Shown here one piece after another: positions 40,010 through 53,520 of a stretch of DNA of 64,000 nt. This DNA is from Octopus vulgaris (taxonomy: Eukaryota): positions 22,692,001 through 22,756,000 of the forward strand of contig OX597816.1 of NCBI GenBank assembly GCA_951406725.2, in the 5' to 3' direction. Position numbers and translations under genes: made by a program. The notes beneath the pieces were generated by a model. The model saw only the letters and a list, made by a program, of their open reading frames with translations, had not been told where the DNA came from and made no database searches. Positions within the stretch are counted from its first letter, which is position 1, and each line of letters begins with the position of its first letter.

Positions 40010-40085
<76 letters not shown>

Positions 40086-40834
40086 CGTGCGTGTGTTGTG
40101 GGTGTGTGCAAACAAGCAGAAAGTGGAAATCACAAACAGATCTCTGTCAGCTTACAATTTACACCTCGATCTTCGTCGCTTTCCTCCATTAGCTACCAAC
40201 TTTTTGCAATATAATTAATTTCAGTATAATTTGCAGTTCAGAATGAAATGTGATAATCGTATCAGATCTTTCGTGCTAACTTGATGAAAGGACGTCTATT
40301 TGAGTTTCAAACGAATATTAATTATGTGAAACGTATCATTACATCTTCAGAAGAATGTAGGTTTCTAATTGTCTGAACCTATGATCATTTAAATAAATGT
40401 TCAAAGATTATTTTATTTAGTATTTAGTTTTCACATGCTTTGTTATTTTTTGGGTTTTTTTATTATTATTCAGTAATGAATCACAAGAACTAGAAAAACA
40501 TAACAAAATACATTCAAATAATTTACCAAATTTAGTGAAATATAGAATTCATATAACATATATGTATTACATAAATCGTAATATTCGTATATAATATCTG
40601 AAATTTATTTTTCACAATTTTGTCATTGACAACTAGTAGCAAAATGGTAAAATGTCCTAAACTGCAAGCATAATTACTCTGAGATAACATAATTACTCTG
40701 TTGAATTACCTAACAGCCATACGCTTCTGGTTTTCTTTTCTGTATTTGTCAAAGACGATGTCACATTAGTTGCTAACAGTTCATATTTTCTATTCCGCAT
40801 GACACTGAATATATGAAACGTATTTTAAACATTA

Positions 40835-41152
40835 CGGTAATCCCGCACCATATCGCGGCCCCCCTTTTGCAGTTCATCTATCGCGGTTTATTATTGAAGC
40901 TTACGTCGATTCTTCCGTGGTGTTGATTTGCATTTATAATAAAATATTTTTTTTTCTTTTTTCTTTTTACTTCTTTCAATCATTTGACTGTGGCCATGCT
41001 GGAGCACCGCCTTTAGTCGTGGAAATCGACTCCAGGACTTATTCTTTGTTAGCCTAATACTTATTCAATCAGTATCTTTTGCCGAACCGCTTAGTTACGG
41101 GGACGTAAATACACCAACATCTGTTGTCAAGCGGCGTTGAAAGTCAAACACT

Positions 41153-41196
<44 letters not shown>

Positions 41197-41530
41197 ACGG
41201 GCTTCTTTCAGTTTCCGTCTACCAAATCCACTCACAAGGCTTTGGTCGGCCCGAGGCTATAGTAGAAGACACTTGCCCAAGGTGCCACGCATTGGAACAG
41301 AACCCGGAACCATGTGATTGGTAAGCAAGCTACTTACCACACAGCCACGCCTACGCCTATAAATATATACAAATTATAAAAATAATTTTTAAAAATATAC
41401 AGGTGGTGCTCCAGCATGACCACAGCCGCATGGCTAAAACTCGTAAAAGAGCACCGTGTCTACTTCACGGCTTTTCATCTATCGTCGGACTTTTCGAATA
41501 TAACACTCGCGATAGTCGAGTAGCAGCTGT
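40835..41530. mobile_element. Possible pogo/Tigger-like MITE interrupted by SINE A
   Basis: TA|CGGTAATCCCGCACCATATCGCG .. CGCGATAGTCGAGTAGCAGCTG|TA, imperfect TIR-like ends. Confidence 0.35.
40958..41359 (-). mobile_element. SINE family A, full length
   Basis: Reverse complement of the 16195 copy. Confidence 0.9.
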
Positions 41531-41938
41531 AAAGTCATTTATTCATATAACAATCATTCGTCATCTAAATGGTGGTTGTAGCGATATACATCTCGTCTGC
41601 TTCTCCTCGACTCCCTTCCTGTTAATCTATTTCTCTGGCTCTATCTCAGTCTCTCTCTTACAAGAAAATGCAATTTTGCATAATCTTTAATCTGTTTCAT
41701 TGCTAATTGTGGTTGTCTGAACAAAACACAAATGTGAGTGATTTATTCTATGGATGTGTTCGAACAATCTTAGTTTCTTTAACGGGAGCACATTTAATGT
41801 AAAAATATTTAAATGTTAAGGGTGTGTTGCTCAAGAAAAAAAGCTTCATGTCTTCACTAGTATTTCTACTGTCCATATTTTAATTATATTGATCTTTCAT
41901 AGGTGTAGGAGTGGTTGTGTTGTAAGTAGCTTACTTAC

Positions 41939-44130
41939 CAGACAGACGTGTTGTTTTTTGCTCCTGCAAATGTCACGTGTTTGAACGTGAAATGTTGAAC
42001 TTTTGACTCGGCGACAGGTAAGACGTTCTGTATTTTTAGAAGCATAGTGAAGTTTATTGCTTGCTTAATGTTATTTAGCAGTTAACGTTATCTAGCATTA
42101 ATATTTTTTGCGGGTAATAGCCTTCACTTTACTTCAGATATATTTCTCTGCCTGTTGTCGTGTCTAAGGTCTCACTCTTTAGTGAGAATTGTGCTTTTTG
42201 AGGAGGCGTAGCCCCTCCGTAAAAATTAATTTGTTTGCTTGTGTTTTACTACTTCGCAAGAAAATTATAAAAATAAGCCACTATTGGATTACCTTTCGGA
42301 CCCATTTTTGTGGAGGTTGTGTTGCAGTTGCGGCGTTCCAGGTTCAACCCAGGCCGGGAGTACCGCAAGGCCAGAATATTTTTGCTGTGTTTTTTCTGTT
42401 TATTAACTTTCTTTTGAACTTCATTTAACCCCCCCCTTTTGTTTTTTTTCTTTATTGCGACTTTCCGTTAATTTCTTCCTCCTTCTGTTGTGCTTTCTCC
42501 TTTTTGTTTTTTCAAAAATCTATCAAATTTTATTTGGACTTTTGAACTTTTTCTTCCTGCTTTTGAGTTTAATTTGAATATATTTTTTAAAAAACATGGC
42601 AATGAAAAATAAGAAAATTTTGGAGTGGGAAATCATACCACCTAAAAAGTGGTTAAAAGACCGTGAAGATAGGACGGTGGTGTTGAGAACCTACTCCAAG
42701 GCACTTGACACCATCGCCCTATTCGAAAAGACGGCGATTGAAAAGGAGTTGGAAGAGTATTTGCCAACAATTAAATTCATTTCCAGGGGTGTCAAATATG
42801 CAACGGTATGGTTGCTATTTGACACCCCTGAAGAGGCTTGCAAATTTGCTAGCAAACCCTTGGAGGGTAAGGAAATCTTATTCCTGCCCACGTACAAAAA
42901 AAAGAAATTGATGAAAGCTTGGATCTGCGGACTGCCACCCGACATAGAACCCGAGTGGATAGAGGAGACTATCCGCCGGGGTCTGGGTGACAGCGAAACT
43001 AAGCTCCTCAATGTAAAAGTTCTTCCTGCGGCTGCTTGGGTTGGGTCAAAAGCAATTTTGACCCTGTGGACCCAATCAGCCAATCTGGTTCTTCCAGATT
43101 TTTTGAAAATGGCCGGGTGCAGGTACTGGTGATGGAGGGTCGCCCCCTAAGTGTCATCGGTGCTTGGAGTCCGGCCACATAAAGAAGAACTGTCCTCGGG
43201 AACAAAATAGGATCCCGGAACAGTTAAGTAAAACCCCTCTAGAAGAGGGAACGATAACGGCCGAGAAAGCAGAGGACTCCTCAAACAGAGGCCGAAGAGG
43301 AAGGTGAGCAACAATGGGTGCTCACCAAAGGATAATAGGGATGAGGAGAGGAAGGCGAATCTTCCAGCCACGGAGGAGACGCACCCTCCCTCAGTTGAAA
43401 AGGGAAAAAAAGAAAAAGAGGAAGAAAAACGGGACATTACCGGCTGTCAGTGTAGCACCGGAATGTCGCGGAACTACGTCGGTTGGGGTTGTGCCACCGA
43501 CAAGAGAAGGAATACCGTTGGCGGAAACTGTGCCGCCAACGAAAGAACTGAATGTATTGGTCCTCTTCTATAGAGGAGGAGAAATTGAAAAAGTGATGGA
43601 AGAGCACTACAAGGGAGCACCTTTAGCCTTCACACAGGACCCCGAATGGCCTCCGCAGGTAGCTGTGGAGGCCGTGGCGTTCGACGTGACGCTAGGGCTA
43701 AAGGAGCTCAATGAAGATTATAACTTGGTCCCGGGCGACGCGAACTCGGAACTTGACTACGTTCTGAGGGAGGCTTGGTTGATGGTGGAGGGCGCGGGCA
43801 CAAGCTATTTCGAGGACGATATGTATTATTAGTAATGGACTTAAGTCCAAAAATTGAAAAATTGTAAGAGGATTAATACCTCGTTTTGTATTAATAATGG
43901 ACTGCTAAGTCCAAAAATTGGAAAAATTGTAAGAGGTTTAATACCTCGTTTTGTGTTTATCTTTTTAAAAAAGAACAATGTTTTAGAGAAGCAAAAGTCG
44001 GCGGGCGCTTTCTGTCTTCTCCCATCCTTATCATCTTTCTTTCATTATCATTCACCTCATTAATGTCCTCGTCCAGCCCGCAAAGCTAACTTAATCTGTG
44101 TACTGCCTTTATGGCAAATGTTTTGAAATA
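41939..44130 (+). mobile_element. ORF1-only (HAL1-like) Tx1/L1-type non-autonomous retroelement
   Basis: 15-bp TSD AAGTAGCTT(A/G)CTTAC at 41924 and 44131; ~650-bp T-rich 5' UTR; single gag-like ORF; ~300-bp 3' UTR ending AATAAA; no room for ORF2. Confidence 0.8.
42596..43832 (+). pseudogene. Frameshifted ORF1p (RRM-like region + CCHC zinc knuckle + charged linker)
   Basis: ORF 42596-43132 (..KAWICGLPPDIEPEWIEETI..) continues after frameshifts into KCHRCLESGHIKKNCP (43149-43196) and ORF 43314-43832. Confidence 0.75.
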
Positions 44131-44270
44131 AAGTAGCTTGCTTACGAACTACATGGTTCCGGGCTCAGTCCCACTGCGTGGCACCTTGGGCAAGTGTCTT
44201 CTACTATAGCCTCGGGACAACCAAAGCATTGTGAGTGGATTTCGTAGTCGGAAACTGAAAGAAGCCCGTC

Positions 44271-44325
<55 letters not shown>

Positions 44326-45674
44326 TGTGTGTGCGCGTGTTTGTGTGTCTGTGTTTGTCCTCCCAATATTGCTTGACAACCGATGCTGGTGTGTTTACGT
44401 CACCCGTAACTTAGCAGTTCGGCAAAAGAGACCGATATAATAAGTACTAGGCTAAGAAAGAATAAATTCTGGGGTCGATTTGCTCGACTACATGCGGTGC
44501 TCCAGCATGACCACAATCAAATGACTGAAACAATTAAAAGAGTAAAAGAGTTTTATTTTGTTCTTCATAGTCTACGGCGCTAAAGAAGTAGTTTCAATAA
44601 TTGGTTTATATGCAAACACATTTAAACTGCGGCATAAGCAATATATACATAATTTCAGGAAACCAGCCCCGGGGTATATATAATTTTGCTTAAATATGCA
44701 TGTGTTTTCTATACGTTAAACACATCAATGTTGAGATCACTGAGGGACAAAGATGTAGGGTATACGTCTGTTATATGCACCATGTTAAGCTAAAACTTGT
44801 GGTCGACTTTGTGCAAATGCAAAAATCATAATTATGCAGAGAAAAGAATAGGGGGTCACATATATTGCAAAAGCATAGAGTATTATAGGGTTGTGTGTGT
44901 GCATGTGCTTGAGTGTGTGTGTGTGTGTGAATGCATTTTCTTTATTGCATTTCTTTCCTACAACAGCTTGAAAACCGGTGTCGGGTTGTTCACATCACCA
45001 TAACTGAGTGCTCAGTAAAAACAAAAATACCGATTGCATAAGCACTAGATTTTAAAATAATTCCTTGCTTCCTTTCTTCGACTAACACCTTCTAGGCGCT
45101 GCCCCAGTATGGCCACAGTTCAATGACGGACACAAATAAATGATAACGAGGTTATACGTAGGATGAGAAATGTCAAGACGTAATGTCATAACAAAACACA
45201 TTGTCTTTTACTGGACAAAAGCTGAAGAGGAAAATAGAGAAATTATTTCATTGTTCCTGATAAATACTGATCTATTGATCTGTTCAATTATATAGTGGTA
45301 TCATCTTCTAATGTTTCAGGAAGTACTTGACAAGTTGCTGACATTTTGTGAAGATCTCTTTCAAAAATATAGAAACAACGAATAAAACAAAGCATTCCAA
45401 TTATGTAAAGAACCTCAAATAACGAAGCACTAATGTCAGCTAATAGAAAATTAGCTAAAAAAATAATCTATTATTGATATGCAAGAATACATTCGTATTC
45501 TAAAACTTAAATAAATCTGCAAAATATATAAATGTCAGGGCAGAAATATCACCATTGTAACTATTAATGAAGATGTGTATATGTTTAGTTAGTAAGCTGA
45601 TATATTAAAAATTCAGTGTATAAGGTTGTTATAACCAAGAGAAATTTGATCCATTTTTTGTAATTTTACAACTC

Positions 45675-45835
45675 GCTCAGAATTGTCGAAGCATGGAATA
45701 AACTACCTGCATCAATCATTAGCTGTCGAGACACTACATATTTCAAGCCTTCCATGCTTCCGGAAATCGGCCAACAGAACCCTTCGTGGAATGTTTTTCG
45801 TAGTTATAGTGCACCTGAGCACTGTATACAACAAT
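45675..45835 (+). mobile_element. CR1 3' fragment, diverged
   Basis: GAAGCATGGAATAAACTACCTGCATC..TTCCATGCTTCC..GTGCACCTGAGCACTGTATACAA matches 14836-15068. Confidence 0.8.
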
Positions 45836-47264
45836 TCCTGTCATATATATATTTCATACGACCTTATGTTAAAATTAGTAATTGTTCTAACACTAAATGT
45901 ATTTGAATTATTTCATTTTATTAAACTAGTCTATGTTTCATAAGGAATATATATGATTAGCGTAACGTTGCTTAAATTTTACCTTCAACAATAACTATTT
46001 AGAGCAAATCGTCGATCTATTGGCTTCATAGAGGTTAATTCCTCTTTGGGGAATTTATATTCGCTGTTGCATGACTGCTTATGGAGGTAATAATCAGTTT
46101 TTAGTTTTGAATGAGCAGATACTCTCAATTAATTCACAAGGATAAGATATTTTATTTGCTGGTATTTTATCTTCATTTTCTCGAACGAGTGAATGAATAA
46201 ACGTTCGACCTAATAAATCCCTTCAGATTATCGGACAGATAGCTAAGCGCTGTATACTTTTAAACTTCTCTCGTTCAAAACAAACTCGTTGTAATATTAT
46301 CTGTATCACATCTTCCTTGTCATTAAATGATACATTTGCTATAGCTAAAACATAATAACCTTAATAAATATGTATGTTCCCCATCATACTACGATATAGA
46401 AAACTATTCAATTAGAATACACTTCAATTGATTTACAGAACTACTTCTAAAATGAAAACATACTCTATAGCATGTAATCGAACTAAATTATATGAGATGA
46501 GCAGTACATATAGAAACGAAACCATATGTCTCCCTGTCCAGACATACATTGCCCAAACCGAATGAATTCAAGAGAATTCATTCCAACCAAAGCATCTTTC
46601 AACATCGTAAGTAAACACTATGCAGGTTTTCGATTTTTAATGTCGATATGCTCGGAAATTTCTTTCAGATATATAGAAAACATACATCACATCAAAAATA
46701 TCCAATTATGCGTTGAGTATAAAATAGTGTGCATCTGATTACACCTTGCGTAATGTCCGCGAAAGTATGCTTAACAAAAACTGGGTAAAAATTTGCCGAT
46801 GTGAATATATCAGAAGAGTCATATATTGCAGCACAAAAAATTCTAGAAACTATCGAAATGTAATATAAGAAATATTTACTAAATGTCCCTCAACAAATAA
46901 CAGCATTCAGAGTGTCATAGTTAAGGTGATGGACGGAAATTGCCAGCAACATCAGGGAAATGAGATCTAGGTGACTCTAGGTTCTCCAAGAGAAAAGTTA
47001 GAAGAGGGAAAAGCACGTCCGTTCTTTTAAACGTTCGAGCAGGAAAAGAAAGATGGACGTTAGTGACGTGTGAGCAACGAGAGAGATGAAAAAGTGAAGG
47101 AGGAAGTGGGGGAATAGAATTAGAGAAGATAGAGGAAGAAAACAGTACAGAGTAGAGAGTCGCATCAAAAAGGTGAAGATAAATTTACTTGGAAATGGAT
47201 GCGTCACGTTCAATTAAATAATAAATGATAATATATGACACACACATATCTATATATATATTTA

Positions 47265-47327
<63 letters not shown>

Positions 47328-47464
47328 AGATGTACTCGCATAGCAAGTGATTTGATCTGAGATCGTGTGCTGAAACGAAAACAATTGCAGCGTGGAAGGT
47401 GTTTGTAAGCCATTTAAGAAACACACAAAAGCCGTTCGATTCACTTCAACATTTAAGTTTAATT

Positions 47465-47511
47465 TGTCAAAATATTTTCGTCGCTTTAAGACCGCGACCT
47501 GTTCACTGACA
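47465..47511 (-). ncRNA. Minimal type I hammerhead motif, G3:C8 variant
   Basis: TGTCA-GTGAACA-G-GTCGC-ggtcttaaa-GCGAC-GAA-AATATT-T-TGACA. Confidence 0.7.
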
Positions 47512-47531
47512 AGAGATGCAGCACGGATTTC

Positions 47532-47577
47532 TGTCAGTGAACAGGTCGCGGATTTTAGCGACGAAAATATTTTGACA
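47532..47577 (+). ncRNA. Minimal type I hammerhead motif, G3:C8 variant
   Basis: TGTCA-GTGAACA-G-GTCGC-ggatttta-GCGAC-GAA-AATATT-T-TGACA; palindromic stem III. Confidence 0.7.
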
Positions 47578-47659
47578 AATTAAACTTAAATGTTGAAGTG
47601 AATCGAACGGCTTTTTGTGTGTTTCTTAAATGGCTTACAAACACCTTCCACGCTGCAAT

Positions 47660-47692
<33 letters not shown>

Positions 47693-48228
47693 ATTTATAT
47701 ATATGTCCATCTTTCTTTTCCTCACGTGACCATCTTTCTTTTTATCGCGTGGCCATCTTTCTTTTCCTGCACGGACGTTTAAAAGAGCAGACGTGTTTTT
47801 CTCTATCTATTCTCATTTCAAAAACAGAAAAATGTTTCTTCCAGCCGTCACTATTTCCCTCTCGTTCTCGTCAAACGAACCTCTATTTATGTTTACGTTC
47901 AGTTTCCTTGTATGTCTCCACTATCATTTTTTCTTCCCAACTTTGACCCTCCAAAAATCTTAAATTTTATATTAGAATTAATGGGAACAACTGCCTTTGA
48001 AAACTCATATTATCGTTGAATGCTCGAAATGAGGAATAGATTGCCAACTGACAACTGATAAAGGGTCCTTTCTCTGCGTTTAACTGTCCTGTTTTCCCCA
48101 TTTTTTCTCGTAGTTTACATATTTCGCTCGTTTACCCCTCGTTTGTTTATGTATTTTATGTAATTTGCACCGTTGGTTATGTCCTGTACCCATATATGCA
48201 TGTGTATATATATATATATATATATATA

Positions 48229-48526
48229 TCACGTCACGTGACCGACCAGTCCATCAGATGTAGTTACATATCGCTGGTCACAATGCGCTTCGCATTGTTT
48301 TAGCCATCGAATTACGCCACCCCGCTGGCTAAGCGAGCAGACCAACAGAAGAAAGAGTGGGAGAAAGAGTGGTGAAAGAGTACAACAGGGATCACCCCCC
48401 TGTCGGAACCTCGTGGAGCTTTTAGGTGTTTTCGCTCAATAAACACTCACAATGCCCGTTCTGGGAATCGAAACCGCGATCCTACGACCGTGAGTCCGCT
48501 GCCCTAACCATTGGGCCATTGCGCCT

Positions 48527-48528
<2 letters not shown>
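48229..48528 (-). mobile_element. tRNA-derived SINE (head 2 + tail Z)
   Basis: Head GGAGGCGCAATGGCCCAATGGTTAGGGCAGCGGACTC as in 2770 and 20590; unrelated 3' half. Confidence 0.82.
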
Positions 48529-48596
<68 letters not shown>

Positions 48597-49619
48597 CTAT
48601 ATGAAAATATGCATAATGATAAAACTATAAACAAATATATGCATTTGTATGGTAAACTATCTTTGGAATATTGTCGAAATAAACTAAATAACAGCATATA
48701 TTATTTTAAGCGATGAAATATAGACATGAACCGCAAAAGTGCTCACCCACACAGTTGCGCAGACGCAGACACTCACGCATACACACACGTACATAATTAT
48801 ATTGATATATTCTGGGGAACGTTTGCATGTCTATCTGTTTGTGCAAACACTTGCCTCTGTGTGTATACATAATGTCGTTCAGTACAAGCAGTTTTAAAGT
48901 ATATAACAGATACACAACTGTTTGTTTGTTTCCATTTTTCTTCTTATTTTCTTTCTCACACAAATAATATTCTTTGCAAGTAATCGTTTAATTTTTCGGT
49001 ATTTTTTTCTTTTGCCTTTTTTTCTGTCTTTGAATCCTTTTAGAACAACGATATGGCTTCTTCACAATCTGTCGAAGCATATATATTTCTATGGATTCTG
49101 TATTTATAACGAATCGCAAAGACAAACATTGGAAAACATATTGCTAAGCATGTGATATTTAGAAAATCTATGGAGAACAGATAGAAATATTAAATGTAAT
49201 TCATAAGAAAACTTTGTGAACACAATGCCGTTTTCTTTAAATATCTTTACAAACATTTGTTTTCATATTAATGCCAAGTGATTTAAGCAGACGTAGAAGA
49301 AATGCAGCGTAATATTACGTTGCTCTAATATTTCAGGAAAGTCCACCTATAATTTTAAGAATAATATTTATATTTAAAAAGCATATTTTAAGGAAAATGG
49401 GGAACGTTTTCTAGATCATGAAAAATGAACGAAAGGAAATATGGGAAAAATAGAATAGAAGGTTATCCACAAAAATGAAATAAGATGAGGTATAGAAGAA
49501 TGCCGAATGAATGTTAATAGAGCTATATACGTAATGTGAAAAGGTTAAATATTGGCTTTGTAGAATAGTTAAATACGCCAAAAATGGTACCGATTTTAAG
49601 AAGAGATGGGTGGGTGTTT

Positions 49620-49645
49620 CGATAGATAGATAGTTAGTTAGATAG

Positions 49646-49716
<71 letters not shown>

Positions 49717-49730
49717 TATAGATAGATAGT

Positions 49731-49766
<36 letters not shown>

Positions 49767-49936
49767 AAAATAGATGGATGGATGGATAGATAGATAGATA
49801 GAAAAATAGATGGATGGATGGATAGATAGATAGATAGAATAACTTAGAATAACTTAGAAAGGTTTTGGCCAGTATTGGCCCAGGCCATGTCTAACTTAAT
49901 AGCACCACCTGCCAAAAGAAAAAGCAGAACTGGAGA

Positions 49937-50010
<74 letters not shown>
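49620..50010. repeat. (GATA)n tracts with a ~100-bp insert
   Basis: Direct reading. Confidence 0.9.
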
Positions 50011-50011
<1 letters not shown>

Positions 50012-50276
50012 TTTAGATGAAATATTTTTTATGAAATTGAACTGAGGAAAACGAGCTAAACTGATGCCTTATTTCGATTTGGTTCCTGCTCTATTTCTGT
50101 GTTCATACATTTACAGTTGACCGACATCATTAGAAATAATTAACTTTAAACGAAAATCTCAAAACCACTTACCCATTCACAATTTCTTACTTTTAAGAGG
50201 CTTAAATCTGTCTTCCTAAGCCTACTTATCTATAAATAGCTTGATTCTGGAGTAATTGTATTGCTACTTGTTAAAA

Positions 50277-50328
<52 letters not shown>

Positions 50329-50516
50329 ATATAATATAATATAATATAATTTATTGCAAGTGTGTTAGTTTATTCATTATATTAATAGTTTGAGGCTGTA
50401 TAATTTGAGGTAGACCAGACAGAAATCATTTTCAACACACATATGTTTTACTTTTCCAGTTAGTGCAATAGCCAAAGGAAAGAAATGTCCAGTCATTACT
50501 TATGAAATCTTGTAAA

Positions 50517-50868
50517 AGCGGCGAGTTGGCAGAATCGTTAGGACGCCGGTCGAAATGCTTAGCAGTATAACGTCTGCCGTTAAGTTCAGAGTTCAAATTC
50601 CGCGGTGGTCGACTTTGCCTTTCATTCTTTTCGGAATCGATAAAATTATTAGCAGTTACGCACTGGGGTTGCTGTAATCAACTTAATCCCTTCTCCAAAA
50701 TTTGAGGCCTTATGCTTCCATGAAGAAATGATTTCGTCCGTTTTTACGTTGTGGTGCATTTTATCCTTTCAGGGTTGATGAAACGTGTACTATGTTATCC
50801 CTGGGGTTAATGTAATCAACTAACTCCCCAAAATTTCTGGCCTTACACCTATGGCAGAAACGATTATA
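50517..50868 (+). mobile_element. SINE family B, diverged dimer
   Basis: GCGGCGAGTTGGCAGAATCGTTAG head; second degenerate unit from about 50730. Confidence 0.8.
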
Positions 50869-51952
50869 AATTTAAGTTTTTACCGATTAATGATTAGGAA
50901 CAAGGCCAGAAATTTTCAAATGAGTAAATTATTTGACGCTATCAATTCCCCTAGCAGACCGGCACTCGGCTTTATTGAACACCGCCACCACCCGGAGAAA
51001 AGAAATTAAAAATTAACCACGGATTTGAATTAGAACGAAAAGACATGGACAAATATTGCAGGACGTATTCCCTACACTCTAATGAACCGGGAGATTAACT
51101 CTCCACACTTCGAATTTTGTTCTCATTAGTAGTGACCCTTAATTGAAGCTCGCAGAGGAAATCACAAAATGTAATTTGTCCTAGTCGGAAGATTATTATA
51201 ATCCCTTTCCGAATGATTTGAACTGAGAAACTAATACACAGTTAGAAAATACTGAAACGCATTTTGTTCGATGCTCCGTTTATTCGGCCGCCCACTATAA
51301 CTATATTGATTCCTGAAAAACGTAATATACCTTTCAGTAAATGGAAAGGAGCAAGGTGGAGTTGATTTGATTATATTCAGAGTTTAAGTTCATCACACTC
51401 GGGAATCCAGCAGGAATGTGTAATGCTGGTTGCTTCTGAGAAGATTTTACGGAGGAGGAACACTTACGACCCTCCCAGTAATAGAGGTGGGGGGAGTAGA
51501 GACAATAGACAGAGTGATGGAGGAACGTCAGACGAACGAACGAAGGGGCTAACGGAAAGACGTACGTAAAGAAAGGCAGGATGATGGACTGAAGGACGAC
51601 AGAAGGACGGACAGAAATACAGATGAATGGAGGAATGGTTGACTGGCTGGCCGGATGGATGGATGGCAGGACAGGATAGATAATAGTCAGATAAATTGGT
51701 CATACTCTCTGACTGGTGCTTAATTTTACCGACCTTGAAAAGGACGAAAGGCGAAAATAACTTATGATATATCTCTGAACGAGGTATAAACAGTAGCTGC
51801 ACGACAATGTGAAGTATATTTGTCACTTAAATGTGGCTAACCACTAAGGGTGGATGCTACTGTAAATTGTAGCCCCAGGAGAACATTTTCTCCAGCTGGC
51901 TATTGACACACTTTCTGTACCCTATAACTTATGATATACTTTTTCGAGAATA

Positions 51953-52334
51953 TCTTTATATATAAAACTGTAGTTGTGTGAGTGTCTGTCCCTTTCGATT
52001 TAGATTCCTAACTACTCCCACATTTTGCGGTGCAGTTTAACCAAAACCCGGTATCTTATAGTCGTGATTCATATCGAACCCTTCTGGGTATTAGCGCTTG
52101 TCTACGATGAGTCTACGATTAAAAAAAAAATTACCATCATTTTTTTCCATTTTCATGCATATTTTTTTAAAGGGAAGTGACTCTCTAAAAATGTCTACGA
52201 TGAGTCAACGATTTAAAAAAAAATTTACCATCATATTTTTTCCATTTTTTTGCTATTTTTTGGCTATAACTCTCTAAAAATGCTGTATAATTATTTCCCT
52301 TACAAACCCGAGCAACGCCGGGCGATACTGCTAG
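51953..52334 (+). mobile_element. Non-autonomous Helitron
   Basis: A|TCTTTATATATAAAA .. CCCGAGCAACGCCGGG-CGATACTG-CTAG|T: canonical TC/CTRR termini, hairpin and AT target. Confidence 0.92.
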
Positions 52335-52859
52335 TAGATTACAAAATAAAATGGAGTCACTACCTTAACACCGCAATATAAGTTTCTACCGATCTATTGA
52401 TTGGGAAAACCGATCATCATCCTTACCGTTTTCAACATAAAAATACACGAAGAATTATACGGTTAGATTTTAACTGGATATATATAAAACAGAAATTAGG
52501 AGCCTGTTTACATACATTTGTACAGACCTGGTATATGTATGGTAACATTGTATTGGCAGTCACGAAGTATGTTAAGTAAGCTAGTCGATATTTCAAGTAA
52601 AGGTAGTAAACACATTGTTTCGCTTACTACGTTAAACATATTAAAGACGCTAAAACTAATTCTTTCGTACGCGTTTCAATTACCGATTCCTCATTTCCTT
52701 AATTGCTTTGCTGATCGAAATTAAAATGTGTCTCTTTAGAAGTGAAGTTAATAGCAATTGGTTTTAATGACAACATTACTCTATATAGCGATTTTAACGC
52801 AGAGACGAAGATTGAGTAAAGTTAGCCGAAAGACGGCGCAAAACTTTCGTCGCGATCGT

Positions 52860-53137
52860 GATGATGAATGAGGAGAGGAGGGGACGGGGGTATGGCGGCG
52901 GTGGGCGATGACAATTCTGATGGTAATAACGGTGATAATGAGGAGGAAGTAGAGGATGAGGTGAGGAGGAAGAGAAGGTTGATGGTGATGACGATGACGG
53001 CGACGATAGGGATGAGGATGGTGAGGAGGGGGGGAATGACTATAATGATTATATAATGACGGTGATGATGTTAGTGATGATGATAATGATGATGATGAGG
53101 GTGACAACCATGACGATGTTGTTGTTGTTGATGATGG

Positions 53138-53177
<40 letters not shown>

Positions 53178-53520
53178 ATTGATGATGATGATGGTGATGA
53201 TATTGATGATGATGATGTTGATGATGATGAAGATATAGATGATAATGATGTTGATGAGGATGACGATATTGATGATGATGATGGTGGTGGTGGTGGTGGT
53301 AATGATGATGATGATGATTATGATATTGATGATGATATCGATGATAATGATGACGATGGTGGTGGTGATGATGATGATGATGATGATGACGATGATGATA
53401 TTGATGGTGATGATGATGATATTGATGGTGATGATGATGACAATGATGACGATGAGGTGGATGAGGGTGAAGACGGCGGCGGCAACAATGTCGATGATGA
53501 TGATGAGGACGATGAGCACG
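52860..53520. repeat. Degenerate (GAT/GGT/GAG)n tract
   Basis: Direct reading. Confidence 0.92.

Larger units (their letters stand above)
41902..44551 (+). mobile_element. SINE family A split by a 2.2-kb insertion (head 41902-41938, remainder 44131-44551)
   Basis: Removing 41939-44145 restores a continuous SINE A. Confidence 0.9.
47325..47660. mobile_element. Penelope-like inverted terminal repeat pair in (TA)n
   Basis: Arms 47383-47511 and 47532-47660, 20-bp spacer, each ending internally in a hammerhead motif. Confidence 0.75.
46895..48200. repeat. Two diverged copies of one repeat in opposite orientation (46895-47215, 47700-48200) around a (TA)n-embedded palindrome
   Basis: CACGTCCGTTCTTTTAAACGTTCGAGCAGGAAAAGAAAGATGG vs CCATCTTTCTTTTCCTGCACGGACGTTTAAAAGAGCAGACGTG. 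Confidence 0.6.
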
